From positions 1,013,184-1,077,183 of the forward strand of contig BCKQ01000002.1 in the NCBI GenBank assembly GCA_001600695.1: a DNA stretch of 64,000 bases, in the 5' to 3' direction. A model generated the notes under the pieces. It had not been told where the DNA came from and made no database searches. It was given only the letters and a program-made list of their open reading frames with translations. The stretch comes from Ascoidea asiatica JCM 7603 (Eukaryota; Fungi; Ascomycota). How positions within the stretch are numbered: the stretch's first letter is position 1; each line of letters starts with the position of its first letter. Below, one piece after another: positions 61,301 through 64,000 of the stretch. Both the position numbers and the translations under genes were made by a program.

Positions 61301-62494
61301 TTTTAAAATTTCATCAGATAAATTTATATTACATTTTACTGGAATTGAGATTGTATCAAAATCAGGATTTAAAATATTTGAAAGACTTGATTTATTTATT
61401 GGAATTGAATTTACATTTGGATTGAAATTTAAAATATTACTTTTATTTGAATTAGAATCTTGGGTAACAGAATTATTATTAGTATTAGTATTAAGAAGAT
61501 GATCATTATTTAAAATATTTGATATTGAATGTTTTTTATTAACTGGATTAAGGTTTGTTGAATCTATATTTATATCATTAGAGGATTGTATTATATTAGA
61601 TGGAAGTGTAGAAGTTGAAGGAATATTATTATTTATGGAATGATCATCAATGATAGATTTCTCTTCTTTAATATTAATATTATTGGTGTTATTATTATTA
61701 TTATTATTATTATTTATAAGATTAGTTGAATTTATAATTAAATTTGTTAATTTTTCTAAAATATCTGAATTTATATTTGATTTTGGTAATTTTGAAGAAG
61801 AATGAGAATTAGATTGAGAATGAGAATGAGAATGAGAATCTAAAATATTAAATAAACCAGCTTTTTGTAAAGTTGATTTTAAATCATTAAATTGTTTTTC
61901 CATTTGAGCTAATCTTGCTCTTTTATAAGTTCTTTTATAATCAGATTGTAAAGAACATTGTAAATCTCTTCTTGAACATCTTGTACAAGGTAATGGATCT
62001 CTTTCTTGAGCATCACATTTTGATTTTTGTTGTCTACATTCAACACAAGCCATTCTTTTATTTTTTTGAGATTTTTTTTGAATATTATTATTTTCATTAT
62101 TATTATTGATATTATTATTATCATTGATATTATTTAAATTTTGAGAATTTAATAGAGTAGAATTATATTGAGATATTGATTTTGAACTTAAATTTAAATT
62201 TGAATTTTGATTTATAATTGAATTAGAATTAGAATTTTGAATTGGAAAATAATTTGAATTGGGTATATTTTGAATTGAATTTGAATTTAAATTTGAATTA
62301 ATTGGTGAATTTATATTTGATCTCATTGGAGAATTAATTGAAGAATTAAAAGAATGATCATTTTGATTAGAATAATTAAAATTATTTATATTTTTTTGAT
62401 TTAAAATTGGAGTTTTTATATTTCTTTTATTAGAATTATTTATTAATTTATTTTTATTATCATTTTGATTTAAATTAACTATTTTTTTATTCAT
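58343..62494 (-). CDS. LEU3: Zn2Cys6 regulator of branched-chain amino acid biosynthesis
   Basis: ACVECRQQKSKCDA.ER.P.PCTRC......C.L...YKRTYKRAR; WPPLTSSLSAD; ARKII.TIPLDP.PI; close to SST2 as in S. cerevisiae. Confidence 0.92.
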   Translation of the reverse strand: MNKKIVNLNQNDNKNKLINNSNKRNIKTPILNQKNINNFNYSNQNDHSFNSSINSPMRSNINSPINSNLNSNSIQNIPNSNYFPIQNSNSNSIINQNSNLNLSSKSISQYNSTLLNSQNLNNINDNNNINNNNENNNIQKKSQKNKRMACVECRQQKSKCDAQERDPLPCTRCSRRDLQCSLQSDYKRTYKRARLAQMEKQFNDLKSTLQKAGLFNILDSHSHSHSQSNSHSSSKLPKSNINSDILEKLTNLIINSTNLINNNNNNNNNTNNINIKEEKSIIDDHSINNNIPSTSTLPSNIIQSSNDINIDSTNLNPVNKKHSISNILNNDHLLNTNTNNNSVTQDSNSNKSNILNFNPNVNSIPINKSSLSNILNPDFDTISIPVKCNINLSDEILKCDPKSLDGIDLNSIQISQFYKEFTSNYYPILPIVDILKGPEKLYRLCPALFWVIMSIAMRRMSSDSRKLLLKLTPLLKKILADLTISPITRYSPSELDEPVLNASSVYSVQAFLIYTFWPPLTSSLSADSSWNTIGIALFQAIRIGLHSPGHTIDFSNASSDSKQLNLLSEQVKTWTSCNVVSQTIATAFGYPSFVQFDSRLLNDKKLLSLNDFPEELSQMLQISYFENSVATTLNSNIIDPLGLISINEKLPLIQILLKQLNDIELKLTSEGKKLDDIRKFSLLSAKVHLLTYYFLDSSNSLKLDDLLNDSSIQDLSESATDLTNYNGSYTSLYSLHFKRGLIKLYNATLFLINHCKTAQTNNKMFMKYLPNIYLIEIWQSAFILCKIIHSPMSKYIDINLGKSMYQVVIYLTLKSSIVKYDIAYRFAGIMKSLWQLFDTLYEKNKLQMNVTIKTRMAASVFFDCLWTLREQVGMINYLPKESNAEKPSHINDDSDIEGLADHIERSDGYQDTLQENDEEDSSSSYDDDSSSLDEKIKQPSRSTGIENNNTGTPNSQGSGSHSKKSNKSRSLLDPLCPESSARKIIKTIPLDPDPIKAPAVSSSDHSSPLTPNIGNSNNGSKTGLYQGHHALSHRRNSFLHSSNLISPPVSAVRDNSKEKLLPDNKGINNTAKKNLKSKDSNININKEPLANNDKMFLIKSDTKKRVRRKSENKSKDNLKTSKKPRKNYRKNSTSKKQGPEDLADIELSKKIIEPLQNPTSEPKIQKSSGNLHLKSVKNDIHWQNSVVLNNTPDFINNQSSIPFNHNNNINSARNEINEPKNDNLGDLFYLNESPVGNNLPLEGWDNIDIWNGDLNSFVNDVSSVMENFGINPDDHFPISNNNNQFQNTVNSMDQNNINQNNREQQIRPDSLFRPQQKQQPIQFSNFNNSQIDSVSNYQNPHQVNSNFNNAPLNNFNTSNQQNGDTTNTSSQNFNGSNHNFRKT

Positions 62495-63502
62495 TTTTCA
62501 TAAGTGTATGAATAATATAAAATTATTAAATAATTGAGTAAATTAAGTAATTGAAAGAAAAAGGGAATGATTTATATTGAATGATTAAAAGAATATTGAT
62601 ATTGAAAGATTAGATCAAATTCCCTTTTTTGTTGATTGGGTATAATAAAGAAATAAGGAAAGTAATCGAATTCAATCAATTATTTAAAATATGGGGATAG
62701 ATATTATTAAATTTAATGAAGTGAGTATTTTTGAATTTGATAAAGAACTGAGACTGGATAATATATCTTAAATGACCTAATTTTGAGATTGTCTTATGGT
62801 CCTTGATTTAGTTTATTTTAGTTTTTCTTTGACTAGGAAAATTGTGGAGTGTAAAAGTAATTAATAATAATAATAATTATAATAATAGTTATCAAGTATA
62901 TTTGGAAATGGAAAAGGATATCTATATCCAATTAAATACAATTTTTTGCAAATCTTTTCTGTCAAACATATGTTTATTATTCAGATATCTGTATTTGTAT
63001 ATGACTAAATTACAATCTTTAATTCATCCTCATTCTCACCATAATACATACATACATAGGTATATATATTCAATATTGCTATGATTCACACCCAAATTCA
63101 GTATCACCTCCACCTCCACCTCCTCCAGCACTTGCTTCAACTCCAGCGCCAGTTCTTTCTGGTCCCAGCCCTGGCTCTTTTGGCTCTTTTTACTCTTTTG
63201 GCCCTTTTGGCCCTCGGATCCGCAGACGTGAAAACGAGAGGAGTGAGTGCATGCAATTGGTAACATGTGACTGCATGTTGCCAATTACCAGTTAAACGGA
63301 TCTATATTTTTACATGTCACGTGATTTTTTTTATATTTTTGACTGGAAAACTATTTGAAATACTTAGAATTTGTAGAACTTGAGATTAAAGCATATTAAT
63401 TAAGTAATTTAGTAATTGAGTAATTCATAATCAACTATTTATTGATCATCAGTAAAGTATATAAGGAAGATTTAATTCAATCAAATAAAATAATATTTAA
63501 TA

Positions 63503-63955
63503 ATGAGAGCAACTCAGTTAAATAATTTCCAACAAACTTTATCAGTATCTGTTAAAAGACCATGGAAAGTACATAGAGATGGAACTTTATTTTATGGTTT
63601 AAAAAAATCAGGTTCAAAAAGACATGCATTAACAACAAAACAAGGTAATAAAACTTTTTATAAAGGTACAAGATCTTCAGGTATTGGTAATCATACTTCA
63701 AAAGGTGGTTATGTATTAAATTGGAAAAAAGTAAGAACTTATATTTATCCATCTATTGAAAATTTTAATAATGATTTAAAACCATTAGTACCAAAATATA
63801 ATTTTACAAAAATTGAAAAAAATTCTTTCAAAGGTTATCAATTAGGTGCAATTGATCCAAATTTATATTTTAAAAAATTAAATGATTATATTATTTATGG
63901 TGAAAAGGGTAATCCAAATGATGAATCTGATAAAGAATGGATTCAAAAAGGTTAA
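63503..63955 (+). CDS. MRPL27: Mitochondrial ribosomal protein mL41
   Basis: RPW...[34 protein letters not shown]. Confidence 0.92.
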   Translation: MRATQLNNFQQTLSVSVKRPWKVHRDGTLFYGLKKSGSKRHALTTKQGNKTFYKGTRSSGIGNHTSKGGYVLNWKKVRTYIYPSIENFNNDLKPLVPKYNFTKIEKNSFKGYQLGAIDPNLYFKKLNDYIIYGEKGNPNDESDKEWIQKG

Positions 63956-64000
63956 TAATATTTACCAATTATAATTAATTTTCAATTTATCATGTAAATA

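Noticed and set aside
63036-63284. 82-aa and 60-aa ORFs
   Set aside because: Produced by short CCACCT and GGCTCTTTT repeats in a promoter island

Overview
This is gene-dense, very AT-rich chromosomal DNA from a budding yeast (Saccharomycotina). It probably lies outside the Saccharomycetaceae: MCM1 has no ARG80 twin, a GH125 gene is present and there are several multi-intron genes. About 25 protein-coding genes are recognisable: GOR1, CTS1, PIN2-like, GCD7, RSO55/mtRF-R, YSH1, MCM5, BET3, SMD2, MCM1, DYS1, GUF1, SER1, MEC3, ROT2, PUT7, NPA3, GH125, DXO-like, COQ11, DBP9, HDA3, SST2, GCD11, LEU3 and MRPL27. The main discovery is in the apparently empty first 4.5 kb, which the ORF track misses. 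It holds two tandem, intron-split, 30-codon a-factor-type lipopeptide pheromone genes ending in CVIA, with different predicted mature peptides. Both are preceded by composite Mcm1+CAATG (a2-Mcm1-like) sites with identical spacing. Other points of interest: a possible a1/alpha2/Mcm1 tripartite site upstream of SST2, a GGQ motif on a 22-nt microexon, frequent AAG splice acceptors, a probable MCM1 5'-UTR intron, an eIF2-gamma lacking its zinc-ribbon cysteines, an ultra-AT-rich domain at about 39-51 kb, and scrambled synteny with S. cerevisiae chr XII. No tRNA, rRNA, CRISPR array or transposon was seen.
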